Assembly: GCF_004010195.1 (NCBI RefSeq)
Contig: NC_057720.1
Coordinates: forward strand, 29,371,949-29,435,948
Source: Chiloscyllium plagiosum
Lineage: Eukaryota
Length of the DNA stretch: 64,000 bases
Reading direction: 5' to 3'
The notes under the pieces were generated by a model. The model saw only the letters and a list, made by a program, of their open reading frames with translations. It had not been told where the DNA came from and made no database searches. Of this stretch, positions 11,742-25,007 are shown in pieces. Both the position numbers and the translations under genes were made by a program. Position 1 is the first letter of the stretch. Each line of letters begins with the position of its first letter.

Positions 11742-12599
11742 TAAAGCATAAAACATTTTGTGTTTCAATTAAATTAATTTATATAACTATGAATGCTCAT
11801 CATTCCAATCTGTCAGATCTTTATCTAACAATGAGGGGACTAGATTTTTCCAAAAACACAGTCACCGATAAACAGGGCTACCAGGGCTGAGGCTTCACAC
11901 AGACCAAACTGTCAAAGGGAGAGAATCTTCCAAGTAAAGCTCACTTCTATCGAGAACTAGAATGGCTCTGCAAATTCTTGGGAGCACTCATACATGAAAA
12001 GCTGGAAGTTTCAGTGCAGTTGAATGGGCTCCAGTGGACTAGAGTTGGCAGGTATATCACAGCGGGAGTTGCAATTAAAATTATATCAATTAGGAGACTG
12101 AAAATGATTTTAATAAACACTTACTTGTCACTGAGCTGAAGATGGAGCTCAAGGGACATTTCTTAAGCCAGGAATGTAATAGGAGCTATAGCTTTACTGG
12201 GAAAATGTCTTGCCACTAGACCCACTGCAGCCTTTCACCGAAGTAGAGCTAAATTAATTTGTTTCACCACTGACTGCAAGGCCTGTGGTGAACTGCCATT
12301 TATAATCACATTTCTTCCATCGGCAACTTTAACAGCTTTCAGTTTCCTGGTCCTGGCCATTTGTTGTTCACTACTGATGCCCCTTTCCCTCACCAGGTTG
12401 ATCTGAGAGCCACCCACTGGAGGTCAAACCAGTTCCCACATGCCAGTACCTTCCTCTGCTTGGCTGAGGTAGTTTTCACATTGAACTACTTCCCATTCAC
12501 TTCCTCCAATTGTTGAGGTGTTGATTTGGGAACCCAAGAAGTGAGTTTCAACTACGTCTGCCTTTGCTTTCTTTGTTCCAGCATAACTCAAGGTCACTT

Positions 12600-13280
12600 C
12601 AACACCTATCAGCTGAGGGAGGAGAACACATAATAATCAGTAGGAGGTTTCCTTGCCCATGTTTAACCTGAGTCTACATGGGGTCCAGAGTCAATGTTGA
12701 GGATTCCCACGGCAACTCCTTCCTGACTGTACACCACTGTGCTGCCATCTCTACTGGGTCTATCCTACTGGTGGGACAGGACGTATCCGGAGATGGTGAT
12801 AGTGCTCTCTGGGACATTGTCTGTATAGTATGATTCCGTGAAAATGATTATTTCAGGTTGTTGCTTGACTAGTCTGTAAGACAGCTCTCCCAATTTTGGC
12901 ACTAGCCCCCAGATCTTAGTATGGAAGACATTGCAAGGGTGACAGGGCTGTTTCAGTAATTGCCTTTTCATGTGCCTTGGTCGATGCCACATGATCTGTC
13001 TGGTTTAATTTCTTTGAGACTTTGTAGTGATTGATACAAGATGGGATAATTTCAGAGGACAACTGAGAATCAACCGCATTGCTGTGGGTCTGGAATCACA
13101 GGTAAGGATGGCATGTTCCTTCCCTAACGGGCATTAGTGAACCCAATGGGTTTTCCTAACAATGATTTCATGGTTGTCAGTAGATTCTTCATTTCAGATT
13201 CTTTTAAAAATCTGCGATGGCGGGATTGGAACCTGGATTCCTCTTAAAGCATTAGGTGAGTTTCTGGATTAATGGTCTAC
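12600..13280 (-). mobile_element. CR1/L2-group LINE 5' end (tRNA-like head plus AP-endonuclease N-terminus)
   Basis: IWGLVPKLGELSYRLVKQQPEIIIFTES (APE start); 5' region matches the SINE at 41873. Confidence 0.7.
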
Positions 13281-14087
13281 TATTTCCTCTGCTCCTCTTG
13301 CCCTCTTTTTTCTGATTGTCTGCTTATTTGAAACCTGATGCCTTTCTACATTCTCCCAATTATGGCAAGAAGATATTGATCTGCAATGTTAACCCTGTTT
13401 CTCTCTTTGCAGATGCTGTCTGACTTTGCTGAGAATTTTCAGCAATTCTGGTCTTATTGAAGAATTATAGTCGTTACAAGAAAATAGCAAACTGAAAATC
13501 ACTGGGGTTGATATTGAATGGTAAATATTATGGAGACCATGGAGTTCACAGTCAATACCAGTCTTGGTGGGATGTGACCCTTAAATGGCATTAATTAATT
13601 AAAAGTGGGGATTAAGTAGTTAATTGATGCTGCACCTCTCTTATCACTCCATCATGACCAATTGCCTATTTTCTAGCTTGGCACTCCCATTGAAAAAATG
13701 TTCCTGGGCAAGATCTACCATCAGACATCATTTGGATCAAGAATTGGGGAACACAGAAAATCACTAAGAAACCCCTTGTGACAATTCCCATCTGTCAAAT
13801 GAAAATGTGGTCCTTGTTAAACAGGATCAGGCCAAAGTAGAGCCCCTGCTCAGCCAAACCTCTACAACTGGGGCCTCAGTACAAACCCCTTATGCACTTT
13901 CAAATATGAAACTATATAAAAGAGTGAAAGACGTAAACAGATCTGCATGTTTCTGAGAAGTGTCCTCACTAAGTGGCAGAATGATCACATTAAACTCAGC
14001 AATTCCAGGAGGCTATCACTTGACTTTGGGGGTTTCCATTTGTTAATTAAAACTGCCTATTTATCTTAAAAATTAAAACCTCCCACT

Positions 14088-14282
14088 TTGATTAGCTCAG
14101 TTGGCTGGAGGGTTTGTTTGCGATGCAGAGTGATGCCAACAGCTGGGGTTCTATTCCCACACCAGCTGAGGTTACCATAAAGGTCCCAGCTTCTCAACCT
14201 TGCCACTCACCTAAGCCATGATGACCCTCAGTTAAACCACCACCTGTCACCTCTCTGTATTGAGAGAGTAGGTCTATGGTAA
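14088..14282 (+). mobile_element. Old tRNA-derived SINE
   Basis: TAGCTCAGTTGG A box and GGTTCTATTCC B box; degenerate reverse copy near 33120-33295. Confidence 0.55.
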
Positions 14283-14289
14283 CTTTACC

Positions 14290-15180
14290 TTTGATGTGCA
14301 TTATGTCCAGTAAACACCAAGTGCCACTATGTACTGAGGTCTTACTTGTCCCCTGTGAAGGGTGGGACTCGTCTTGTTGCCGCAGAATGCACCAAGTAGT
14401 TGGACTTTTCTGGATTACCTGTCCTTCGTGTATACATTTGCAAAGAAAAACATCTTTGACCACAAGTCCATCAAGAAGTCAACCACGTAGCATCCTCAAG
14501 AGCCTGAGGGAAAAGGAGAGGGTGGATTCTGTCGGGTTGTCCCTGGAGCAGACTGTCAAAGTCATTTGGCAGAATGCCTCATCACCAGAACTTTCCAATA
14601 TGCACCAAGATGTTGTTTGGCTGGTGGTGGGAATGGCACTACTTGTGAGATCTTTCATGTACACCCAGATTCTCTGTGCCACTGCATGCTGCTCTCAAAG
14701 TGGCTCCAAGAGGGTAGAGATTGTCACAGACCTCCTTCTGAAATGTGCCTTTGCAAAGGAAGTCTGGAGAGACGTGCAGTGGTTTTTGCCAAGGTTCGTC
14801 CTGAGCAGCTTTGTGATGCAGGACTTTGTGCTCTTACGCGCTATTCCCCAGGATGCACACTTAGTCAAACATCGACTGGGTCTGGAGGACCATCAACTCG
14901 GTGAAAAACACTCTTTGTTCTGCCTATAACTTGTTGGTCTTCCAGAGCAAGAAGATGACCTCGACCTAATGTTTTCCAAGATCCAGGATTATGTACTGAG
15001 GGACGTACTCAAATGTGTGCATGGTAAATACAAGTAAGAAATGCCTTTGGTTTGTTTGTTGGGTAGAGTCAAACTCCAATGTTTGTTTGTTTCTTCATAT
15101 GCTACTGTACAGAGCCAAACTGCTTTAGTGACTATGTATGTATAAAAAGGTATGTTTATGAATAAAGTATATTTCCGAAA
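14290..15180 (+). mobile_element. Tx1/L1-clade LINE 3' fragment (zf-RVT region)
   Basis: IWQNASSPELSNMHQDVVWLVV...LLLKCAFAKEVW; ends ttatgaataaagtatattt. Confidence 0.8.
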
Positions 15181-16921
15181 TTAACAGAATGCATTATGTC
15201 TGTGTGAAAACTCCTAGAGGTATTTCCTACAGATTCATAGGGCACAGCGTTAGATATTCTGTCCCTTGAACCTTTTTCATCTATTAATTAGATTATGGCT
15301 CTATCTCAACTCCACTTATTCTTCTTTGATTCATATTCTGTGACTGCCTCACCTAATAAAAATCTGTCAACATTAGGTGTGAACATTTAAAATGACCTAG
15401 CATCCACGATCTTTGGGAAAGACAGACAGTTCTAGAGTTCCCTAACACTTTGTATGGGGAAGAATATGGTAATTTCACTCTTGAATAGCCATGCTACAAT
15501 TTTAGGACTACCCTGAATTCATCTTCAAACGATTATCACCACCTCTTTGCATCTACGCAGCAGAATCTTCTTATTGTCTTAGGCAGCTCAGTTAACTCTC
15601 CATTCAAATTCCATGAAAAAAAAACCCAAACGAGTTGCTTCTCTAAATGTTGGCAAATGATATTGATAAAAATAATGAGCAAGTAATCACAGTAAAAGGG
15701 AAACCTTACACAAAATGTCTGCAGCCAGTTGCCTACAGCAAATACACTGAAAAAAATAAAACGGAGAACATAGGGACAATTAAGGAGAAGCATTAATTGT
15801 TTCAGTTCCTCCCTCAGGTGTGTGCAGTCCCTCCTTTAAGTATTTCAGTTTTCAGGCAGTCTAGTTTCTTAATCCATGGGTTTAGCTAAGGTCATCTTTT
15901 TATCTCCTTGTGGCTTTTTTTCATGTGACTTATAAATATTTAACTGGCTACAATCCATGTACCTGAATGTGATCATCTACTTTTAATTAATGAGTTCAGC
16001 AGCCCATTTTCATCTTGTACTTTGGCACTGCAGTTTGCAGCTGAACAATCTGTAGATAGAACACAAAACAAGCAGCCGGAAGACATTAAGAGCAAATGAG
16101 TAATTTTGTGAGCATGTCACAATAGCAGAGATCATTTATCTTGCAAAGTCATTTGTAACAATATTGAAGGCATGCTCATGCAGTTCCCACAACTACAGTG
16201 AATTCCTGATCCTGAATTTCATCTAGTAATTTATATCAAGTGTCATTTCAGTTTTGTCAAAATTTAAAATGCTGCTTGTATGGAAGGCAATTGTGAAAAT
16301 TAAAATCTAGCCGGAGTAACAATCCTTCATTACTCGGATTATCCCATTACTGATGTTCCCCAAAATTCTAGCATCAAGGATTGCACATTTTATTGGGTGC
16401 AAAGAAGGTCTACTCTGCACCAAATGGGAGCCATGTTATGATAAGGTGATGGAACACTGCACAGGATGCCAGAAACTTACACTTGGTTTTGTGTGCAATG
16501 TTGATTAAAGTCTTTGCTTTAAAAGTTAATTTGGAGTCCTCCTTACAATTGGACTCCTGGAGTGCCTGAACAGCAGTGAAGATATTCAGTACTTATATGC
16601 CCAATCTCTGACAATCACTTGAGGTTCAGCTTGTGAAACTATGATGACATTGGTATTTTACAAGAATCTCAGTATCTTGCCCTTTTCTTATTGTTTTATT
16701 GGGCCATTGTTTGAAAATAAGGGGTTGCCCATTTAAAACAGGGATCAGGAAACATTTTTTTCTGTCTCGTAGGGTTGTGAATCTTTTGAATTGCCTTCTT
16801 CAAAAGGCAGTGGACGCAGAATCTTTCAGTGTTTTTAAGTCAGAGGTCGATCCTTGACTACCAAGGAGATGATTATCGGGAATATGTAGGAATGCAGAGT
16901 TGAGGTTAAAATAAAATCAAC

Positions 16922-17141
16922 GAGGAGAAAGTGAGGACTGCAGATGCTGGAGATCAGAGCTGAAAATGTGTTGCTGGAAAAGCACAGCAGGTCAGGCAGC
17001 ATCCAAGGAGCAGGAGAATCGACGTTTCAGGCATAAGCCCTTCTGAAGAATTCCTGAAAAAGGGCTTATGCCCGAAACGTCGATTCTCCTGTTCCTTGGA
17101 TGCTGCCTGACCTGCTGCGCTTTTCCAGCAACACATTTTCA
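16922..17141. mobile_element. Palindromic hammerhead-like short element inside an old CR1 3' end
   Basis: Inverted arms of about 90 bp; TSD gttaaaataaaatca / gttaaactaaaatca. Confidence 0.85.
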
Positions 17142-18244
17142 GTTAAACTAAAATCAGCCATGATCTTATTGAATGGTCAAGCAGACTTGAAGTGCTGTGG
17201 GCCTACTCCTTGTACATGTGTTTGTTGGTGGATACTTAGGTTCTCACGCCACTTTCTTAAACTTTTAGACCTTTGGATTGCCTAGGTAACACTCCCAATA
17301 TTAGCCTATCTAATTTAGAACAGTAATATGTTTCAATTGAGAAAGGACCAATATAGGATTTATTGTGCTAATATTGTCAATGATCAAGGAAATCATAATT
17401 GTCCCATTAGGCCATTTGCCAGTTGCCGTGTGCTGAGGGGTGTTCAATCACTGTATACTACTTTATTCTACATATTTTCTGGGTATTAGAAATATATTGT
17501 ACACATATTTTAATTTGTATTATTTTTATAACTTGTATAGTAATTATTGTTTGTTCAAAACGGTGGAACCTTGTGGAGTTATTCTCTTAGTAAGTTCCCT
17601 GGATCTCACCTTTTGTCTACTTTAAAAGTAAAGTTTAATGGTCCTTAATAAGATCAAAACATGAAGTTGGTGGCCTGGTCCAGATCATAACATTATACAT
17701 GAGGCAGTAACAAAATAAATTCGACTTTACACCAAATCTATTGACTGTGTCCTAAATGAACATGTGACAGCTCTGCAGAGGTATCTGCAGCTATGAAAGA
17801 AGTTGATATTTTCCTGGTCTGGACCACACGGCCAGAGTAGACAACTAACTCCGCCTCAGGACCTGGCTTAGCTTTGTGTAGGCTCAGGGTTGTATTTGTA
17901 AGCTCGAGAATGATTATCTACTGCTTGATTTCTGGGATCAGGCCACTTTAGCTGCAGGTTAACACGAAAATCCACAAGGGATGAAGCATTTGACCATTTT
18001 CAGGAGAGGATGAAAGGTGCTTGGGATAGAAATTGGTAAAATTCGATTTCTCAGTTTGTTTCTTAGCTCACCTTTCATTTTACATACCTTGGAACTGCAC
18101 ATTTCTGTATCAAGGAAGAGGAGAGTCTCATCTAACAACTTTCAGTGGTGTTTAATTGAATAAATTGTCATTAGGTTAACTCCCTTGGCTCTCAAGCTGG
18201 TTTGAACAGATCCAGGATCATTTGATCTTGCTGTTTCTTCAATT

Positions 18245-18832
18245 CAATGGGCTGAGATGTAGGAAATGGAGTTTAATTCAGATAAATGCGAGGTGCTGCA
18301 TTTTGGGAAAGCAAACCTTAGCAGGACTTATACACTTAATGGTAAGGTCCCAGGGAGTGTTGCTGAACAAAGAGACCTTGGAGTGCAGGTTCATAGCTCC
18401 TTAAAAGTGGAGTCGCAGGTAGATAGGGTAGTGAAGAAGGTATTTAGTATGCTTTCCTTTATTGGTCAGAGTATTGAGTACAGGAGTTGGGAGGTCATTT
18501 TGCAGGGCATGGATAGAATAAATAGACAAAGTCTTTTCCCTGGGATCGGGGAGTCCAGAACGAGAGGGCATAGGTTTAGGGTGAGAGTGGAAAGATATAA
18601 AATAGACCTAAGGGGCAACGTTTTCATACAGAGGGTGGTACGTGTATGGAATGAGCTGCCAGAGGAAGTGGTGGAGGCTGGTACAATTGCAACATTGAAA
18701 AGACATTTGGATGGGTATATGAATAGGAAGGGAATAAAGCAGGTGGGACTAGATTGGGTTGGGATATCTGGTCGGCATGGATGGGTTAGACTGAAGGGTC
18801 TGTTTCCATACTGTACACCTCTATGACTCTAT
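18245..18832 (+). mobile_element. CR1 LINE 3' part with internal deletion
   Basis: WQMEFN-like start, RSWEVIL joined directly to GMDRINRQ, ctatgactct tail. Confidence 0.88.
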
Positions 18833-19823
18833 AATTGTCTGAAAGGAATTCACGCGAACCCTAATGGTAAGCGTTTCATTGAGATCATGCAAGGCCATGA
18901 TGGACAAATGTTCTAGTATAGCCCAAGAACCGCTCAAACATTACATTGACATGGCAGATGGGAATCTCAACTGCTACGTCTTAACTACAATTTGACTGAG
19001 AGTGATAGTGGTATTGGAACTGTTTGGAAGAAGGGTCACTTGGACCTGAAATATAAACACTGATTTCTCTCCAACAGATGCTGCCAGATCCGCTGAGAAT
19101 TCCTAGCAATTTCTGTTTCTGTTTCAGATTCCCAGAATCTGCCGTTCTTTTGGACTTTGTCTAGAATCTATTGGAAATGGATTCTGCACTAATTTCCATC
19201 CTTGGTGGCCACAACACACAGACACCTCTCTGTGAACACTTTTAGTAGCATACACAAGATTTCTGACACTTGAATAGTTTAAATACTGTTATATTAGAAT
19301 TTAAGTTAAAAACAAGAAAACATAGTCTGACTTATCTGGAATTTGAAGGAGTTACCAATAATTCAAGGTTAAGGTTATAACTGCAAGTCCAGGTGAAACA
19401 ATGTTATGCAATACTCACTTTCCTCAGAAACTTCCAGAAGTAATGTTAGAAAGTGAGAGGAAACTAGTCAGATATTTGACCAAAATGATTAAAGGGTTCC
19501 CCTTCTCTTCAGTACAGAAATGGTAGTTGATTGTTGGACTGAGCAATTTGTAAGGGATATTTACTTTTAAATATGAACCCTTCCAAATGGGCAGATCAGT
19601 TTCCATTTTAAACAGGAGTATATCCAGCAACAAAGAAACCCAATTGCAAACTCTCAACCTGTAAGGGAATACTAATTCAATGTAAAACTTTCATAAGGGA
19701 TAACTCTCTCATGTTAATGGATTACTGTTGACCCAAACTGAACGTGAAACATGCAACTGAAGACATTTGAATGATATACCAGGGCAAGACACAGGGACGG
19801 CATGGATTTTAACTGAAAAGTAA

Positions 19824-19971
19824 ATGAACAGCGTTAGTGTCAACCAGTTATACTGCCTGCGTGTATCCTGCTCTGCTGTATCCATTATGGCAGGCTGCAT
19901 CATCTTAGGAGTCTCCAGTTACTGTGGGGCTGATGCAGTGGGTGGCATTTTTCTTGGTGCAGGTGCATTAG
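19824..19971 (+). CDS. Coding exon 1 of an uncharacterised 143-aa two-transmembrane protein (MNSVSVNQLYCLRVSCSAVSIMAGCIILGVSSYCGADAVGGIFLGAGAL-G)
   Basis: Non-repetitive hydrophobic, Cys/Gly-rich ORF; ATG at 19824 directly after an in-frame TAA; donor TTAG|GTAGGT at 19971/2, phase 1. Confidence 0.8.
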
Positions 19972-21779
19972 GTAGGTACGATAATCTGCTATCAGACATT
20001 ATTAATATTTAAGGCATTAGTAACCTTTTTGAACTGTCTTAATGTACTGAGATCAGATTTAGCATTTATATGCTTCACTTTAACATACTCAACCTACTTA
20101 TCTGTAATATATTCAACTACTTTGTACTTCAATGAAAGCAAATGGAACTGTGGGGAAATGTACAATGTACAGTATTTCTCTAATACATCTTCCACTTAAA
20201 CTTTAGAAGTCCTACCTGCTAAGAAAGAAATAACAAAGAAAGATTTGCATTTTACCTGTGTTTTTCATGGTCATCAGACTTCAGAAAGTGCTGAAAGGAC
20301 CGTGGAGCATCTTTGAATCTTATAGGAGCCTGTATGATGGGGCTATGACAAGGTTATACCAGAATCTGACAGGAAGTCTCATGAGGCTAATTTGGCTTCG
20401 AGAACATCTCAATGCATCTTCATATATTTGCTAGACAGTGAAATGAGTTTCTCGCTTGGCATCATTGAGTGACCAATTATGGGGAGTTTTTGCCTGGGTA
20501 ATAGACCATGCTTGGTTACATCTCAGAGTTGCTCACTTGTTCTCTTTATGCTCAGTCACTTCGGGCCTATTTGCATGCTTGAAGCATCTGTGCCTTGCCT
20601 TGCCATGTCATGACATATTTATAAGCATTTTGGCCTAAAGGCTATCAGTATCAATGTATCAACATGTTCTTTTGTGCAGACATATAGATATGTTTGTCAG
20701 GGGAGATATGTTTGGTGTGTTGGGTGGCTGGGTGGGGGTGGGGGCTGTGATGCTGATCTTTCTGTATGGTGTGGGGATGGTAGGTGATGCACTGTTGGAG
20801 GGCATAGTCAGCTAAAGTAGGGATGGTTTTTGTCAATGATCACTGTCATGAGCTCCATAATGGGAGCAAGGAGGACCAGGGTGGGCATTATTAATGTGTA
20901 ATGTTGGGGTTCAGGATGCAGGGAGGAATGTTGGAGACAAATGAGGCTCTCCACATGGAGTGCTGTTGTGGTTGTCTGAGGTAAAGTAGGAAATGGAATC
21001 TCTGGCTGTGTGGGTGAGGGTGGGTGAGTGGACAGCTGAGGGGGTATTGGACCTGTTGACCAGGAAAGTCCAGTGATGTTGGTATCCACCATAAGCTGCA
21101 TTCCCAGCCATCATGTGCAGTTTTCTAGAGGCAAAATGCAGCTGGAAAGTGACTGGGACAACACCCAAGAAGAGTAAGTTTGATGGGTGCAAGTGCAGGA
21201 TTCATGTCTGCTGGATGCTAAGACATTGAAGCATAGGAACATAGAAAGTAGGAACAAGAAAGGCCACTTTGTCCTTTAGGCCTACTCTGCCACTCGACAT
21301 GATCATGTTTGATTCCTTCAGCCATTCCTGCATTCACCTCCATACCACTTGATCCCTTTACTTAATATATGAAATACATAAGGGTCTAAATACAAAAGAG
21401 GAAATTGTGTGAAGGATGTGTTTACAAATTGCAGTTACACTTAATTCGCAATCTTTATTTGCCCATTTATAAAGCATGCAGAGTGAATGTACTGAGCCTT
21501 CAAATCCTCTTTGAACATGATTTATACCGTACTATTAACGTTTGCAAATCTGTCACTGCCATCTCAGTGATGCAAAAGTTGCCGGCAATGACTTAAAAAC
21601 AGATGAATGCTCTTCAAAGGTGGCACAACACTTGCAAAACTTCCAAGGGCTTTGTGGGAGGAGGGGAACATCATCTCATCATAAGACATGAAAGTATGAT
21701 GATGGACTTTATTGAATGTACTGAAACATTGAATGATTAATATGTGTCTGGAATGAGAAGTGGGTTGGAGGGCAGCAGA

Positions 21780-22001
21780 TACTGCCTTTTTGATGTACTG
21801 TGTTGCTGATTCCAACAGCATATTGGTACACTAGCTGGTACACGAGCTGTGGCCAGGGTGGTGCTGGAACAGAAAATAAGGCTGCTGAAAATGTGGTTCC
21901 ACTGCTTGGACCAGTCTGGTGCAGCCCTCCAGTACAGTCTGGACAAAGTGTGCTACATCATCTTGACGTGCGGTGCTCTCAACAATTTAATTAGGCAATG
22001 A
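21780..22001 (+). mobile_element. PIF/Harbinger transposase remnant (HARBI1-like DDE C-terminus)
   Basis: 21840-22001 reads TRAVARVVLEQKIRLLKMWFHCLDQSGAALQYSLDKVCYIILTCGALNN, matching the IExxIGxLKxRFRCLDxSGGALQYxP...CxxLHN pattern. Confidence 0.75.
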
Positions 22002-22269
22002 AACAATGTGATAGTTACTAAGGAACTGGGAAAATGGGAGCAGTCTTCCAGCAGAAGGATGACAACTTTGGTGAAGGGGAACCTGTCCTTTGGTTGACAG
22101 AGCTCAGCTTCATCAGGGGCTACAAGCCAGATAGGACCTGACTGATACCCTCTTCCAGCAGACGAGACGTGGCTACAGCAGACCATCATGGCATGTAGAA
22201 CTATCAATTGGATATGATAGCAGCATTTGATTTGCATTTTTGGGGGTGAATTGCAGCCTCTACCTTATA

Positions 22270-22580
22270 TTCAGTTCAATGTTGTAATGCAGCAAATTCA
22301 ACAGCCAATTTGCACATAGTAAATCTTTTTAAAAATAGCAGATTGAGGGTCAAAAGGTGGTTAGGACAGCATGAATAACCCATTTTGTCTTCATTTGAGT
22401 AGTGCCATCAGATCTTTTCCATCTCCACAAACAGGTAAATGTATCTCTGGTTTAAGGTCAAAAAGACAGTATCTTCAACAGTGCAGTACTCGCTCAATTT
22501 TACTTTTCATGCTCAAGCTCTGGAACGGAACTTTAATCTTAAACCTTGCGACTGAGAGCTGAGAATGTACCAATTGAGCA
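22270..22580 (-). mobile_element. Old Deu-domain-type SINE (SacSINE/AmnSINE-like)
   Basis: Reverse complement contains gagtactgcactgttgaagatactgtcttt...ttaaaccagag...aaaagatctgatggcactac, a degenerate Deu-domain pattern. Confidence 0.55.
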
Positions 22581-24218
22581 GCAGTTAACAGAAATCCTGG
22601 TGAGATTTTTGGTAGAAAGAAAATTTGAGCAGAAGGGTTAGTCATCCTTTCACTGAGTTCTAATGAACAGGCATGAAAGTTAACTCTGTTTCTCTCTCTG
22701 CAGATGCAGCCTGACCTGCTGAGTATTTGCAGTATTTTCTGTTTACATTTGCTGACATGAGGATTGGTTCCTGTCCTTTCTTTGATCTTGACTGTGAGCT
22801 AATCTCAAAAGTCTCATGGGAATAAATTACACAAGACAACATATTCCTCCCAGTTTAGACTTTTGCATTTTATACTAATTGCAAATAACATCAAATTTCA
22901 ATAACCAAAGTGCTTGGTTAAATATCTATTAATATTTAGTTGTAGTGTTTGCCAATGTATTATTTTATCCTATTTGCTGTGTGACTAAGCTGTGCAGCGT
23001 TACATGCTAACAATTCTTAGAAATAGGTTTGATCACAATAGGATATTTTCAAGCTCAGATTTTGAGCAGTCTTGATGTTCAATTTGCAGTGTGGACTTAT
23101 GATCCTTGGACCAATATTAAGACAACTACTAACTCATTTCGCTTAATAGTTGCCAGTGATTGAAACTTACATTTCTCTAACCACATAATTCAAATCTGTG
23201 GTGACATAGAATGGAGGCTTGAAGACCTCCAAATGGAGTGCATTGCACCTCCAGTCCCTTTTGCTATAGTATGTATGGTACCTTATGTTGGGACAGTACT
23301 TATGCTGGCATGTACTTCAATGCCATGCCACTTGTGGCACTGCTGCCAGGTCACCTACTCCCAATTTCTTCTGACAGTGTCCTTGAGAGCCTGCTGACTC
23401 TGGAAAATGGAATTCCTTATCCATCATCGTCGCTAAGGCTCCTAGTACCGTATCACCCCTCATCCATGATGTTTTATCAGTGGAGCAGTCTGCACCTCTG
23501 GATTTTATTTCAATGAATGAATTGTCTCATTAATACATTCAGAGAATCAGAATAGCACTTCAGATGTTCCACTGCTTAAGAAATTCTTTCTATTTGATGT
23601 TAGAGACTCCAAGGTATTGGAATAATTCTGCCAGCAGCTCCTATGTTTCTTTCCACCTGTTTCAAAAAGAACATCTTACATTTATAAATCTGAAAACACA
23701 TTCAAAGGTGATTTTCAGAGGCTTGTAGAGTATTCAAAACACATTCTTCTGCATTGGAACCAAAGGAGCTGTTAAAGGTGAGTGAGAAATTCATACAGCA
23801 TTGGTAAGCATCCTAGCACCATGCTTCCCCTGATTCCCTTCTGTACGCAATTTGCATGAAAGTGATTCCATGACTCACATTCAATGGGCCAGGTTTCCTA
23901 ATTGCAACACTTGAGTTGATTGGTAAGGGATGTTGTTGCAAAAGGGAGAGGACTGATTAATTTAAGTTGGAGTGGAGGTTGTTGATTAGTATTAGATAGA
24001 ACTGGGGCTTCTAAATAATATATGTTGTAACAGGATATGTAATAAGAATGGATGATTGGGAATACAGCTTTGAGTTAGTGCAGTGCAGGTTAATTAGAAT
24101 GGATGGGCTGTGGGGATGCTAGTTGAAGTGATTGGGTGATGCTGATGTGGGCTGTGAACAAATGTGAACTGTGATATTGAATGGAGAGTTTGATTGTAGC
24201 AGGATGTTATTTATGAAG

Positions 24219-24330
24219 TATAGATATTTTCTAATCAACCTGTTCAGAATTGTTAAAACACACTTCTGGATCAAGTAGGATTAAACATAGGTCTTCTGGT
24301 CTAGGCATAGAGACCCTAGCACTGCACCAC
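24219..24330 (-). mobile_element. Short degenerate tRNA-derived SINE
   Basis: Reverse complement begins gtggtgcagtgctag (A-box-like) and ends ctgaacaggttgattagaaaatat. Confidence 0.4.
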
Positions 24331-25007
24331 TTACTTTTGAAATATAAGTTGAGTAGTTCTGCTTTGACTACACAGCACAGACATTTGTTGGGGTGACACA
24401 ATATATACTTGCATTAAATATGCTTGACAAGATCATATTTTCTGAAAAGCTGTATTTCTACCTGTAGCAGCTTTTAAAAATTTGAAATGATTAATTACAT
24501 ACCATTCGATTGTTTATTTTGTTGTTCTACCTCAATCTAGTTCTTTTTGTTTCTCACAATTTGAATTTTCATTTCATTCCATTTCTTTCATCAGAGAAAA
24601 ATGGGTGCATTTCCACAGATTATGCAGGAATTCAACACTTTGAAATAAAATCTCATGAAAATTTCTGGTCTACAAGTTTTAACTAGAGAAAATGCAAGTG
24701 TGTACTCTGTCAGAAATGCAAGTACATAAATGGTATAAAAAAAGTGATTGAGATACTGGAAGACAGAAAAAGAAAACAAAAGAAAGGCTTGCATTTATGT
24801 AGCACATTTCATGACTACCAGATATCCCAACGCGTTTTGCAGCCAATGAAATCCCTTTGAAGTGTAGTCTCTGTTGTAAAGCAGGAACTACATAAATCAA
24901 TTTTTACACAGGAAAATCTAGCAACATGATTTTGACTGCATAATCTGCCTTTCGATTATGTTGAATGAAGGATTGGCCTGGATACCAAGAAAAGCTTCCC
25001 TCCTCTT

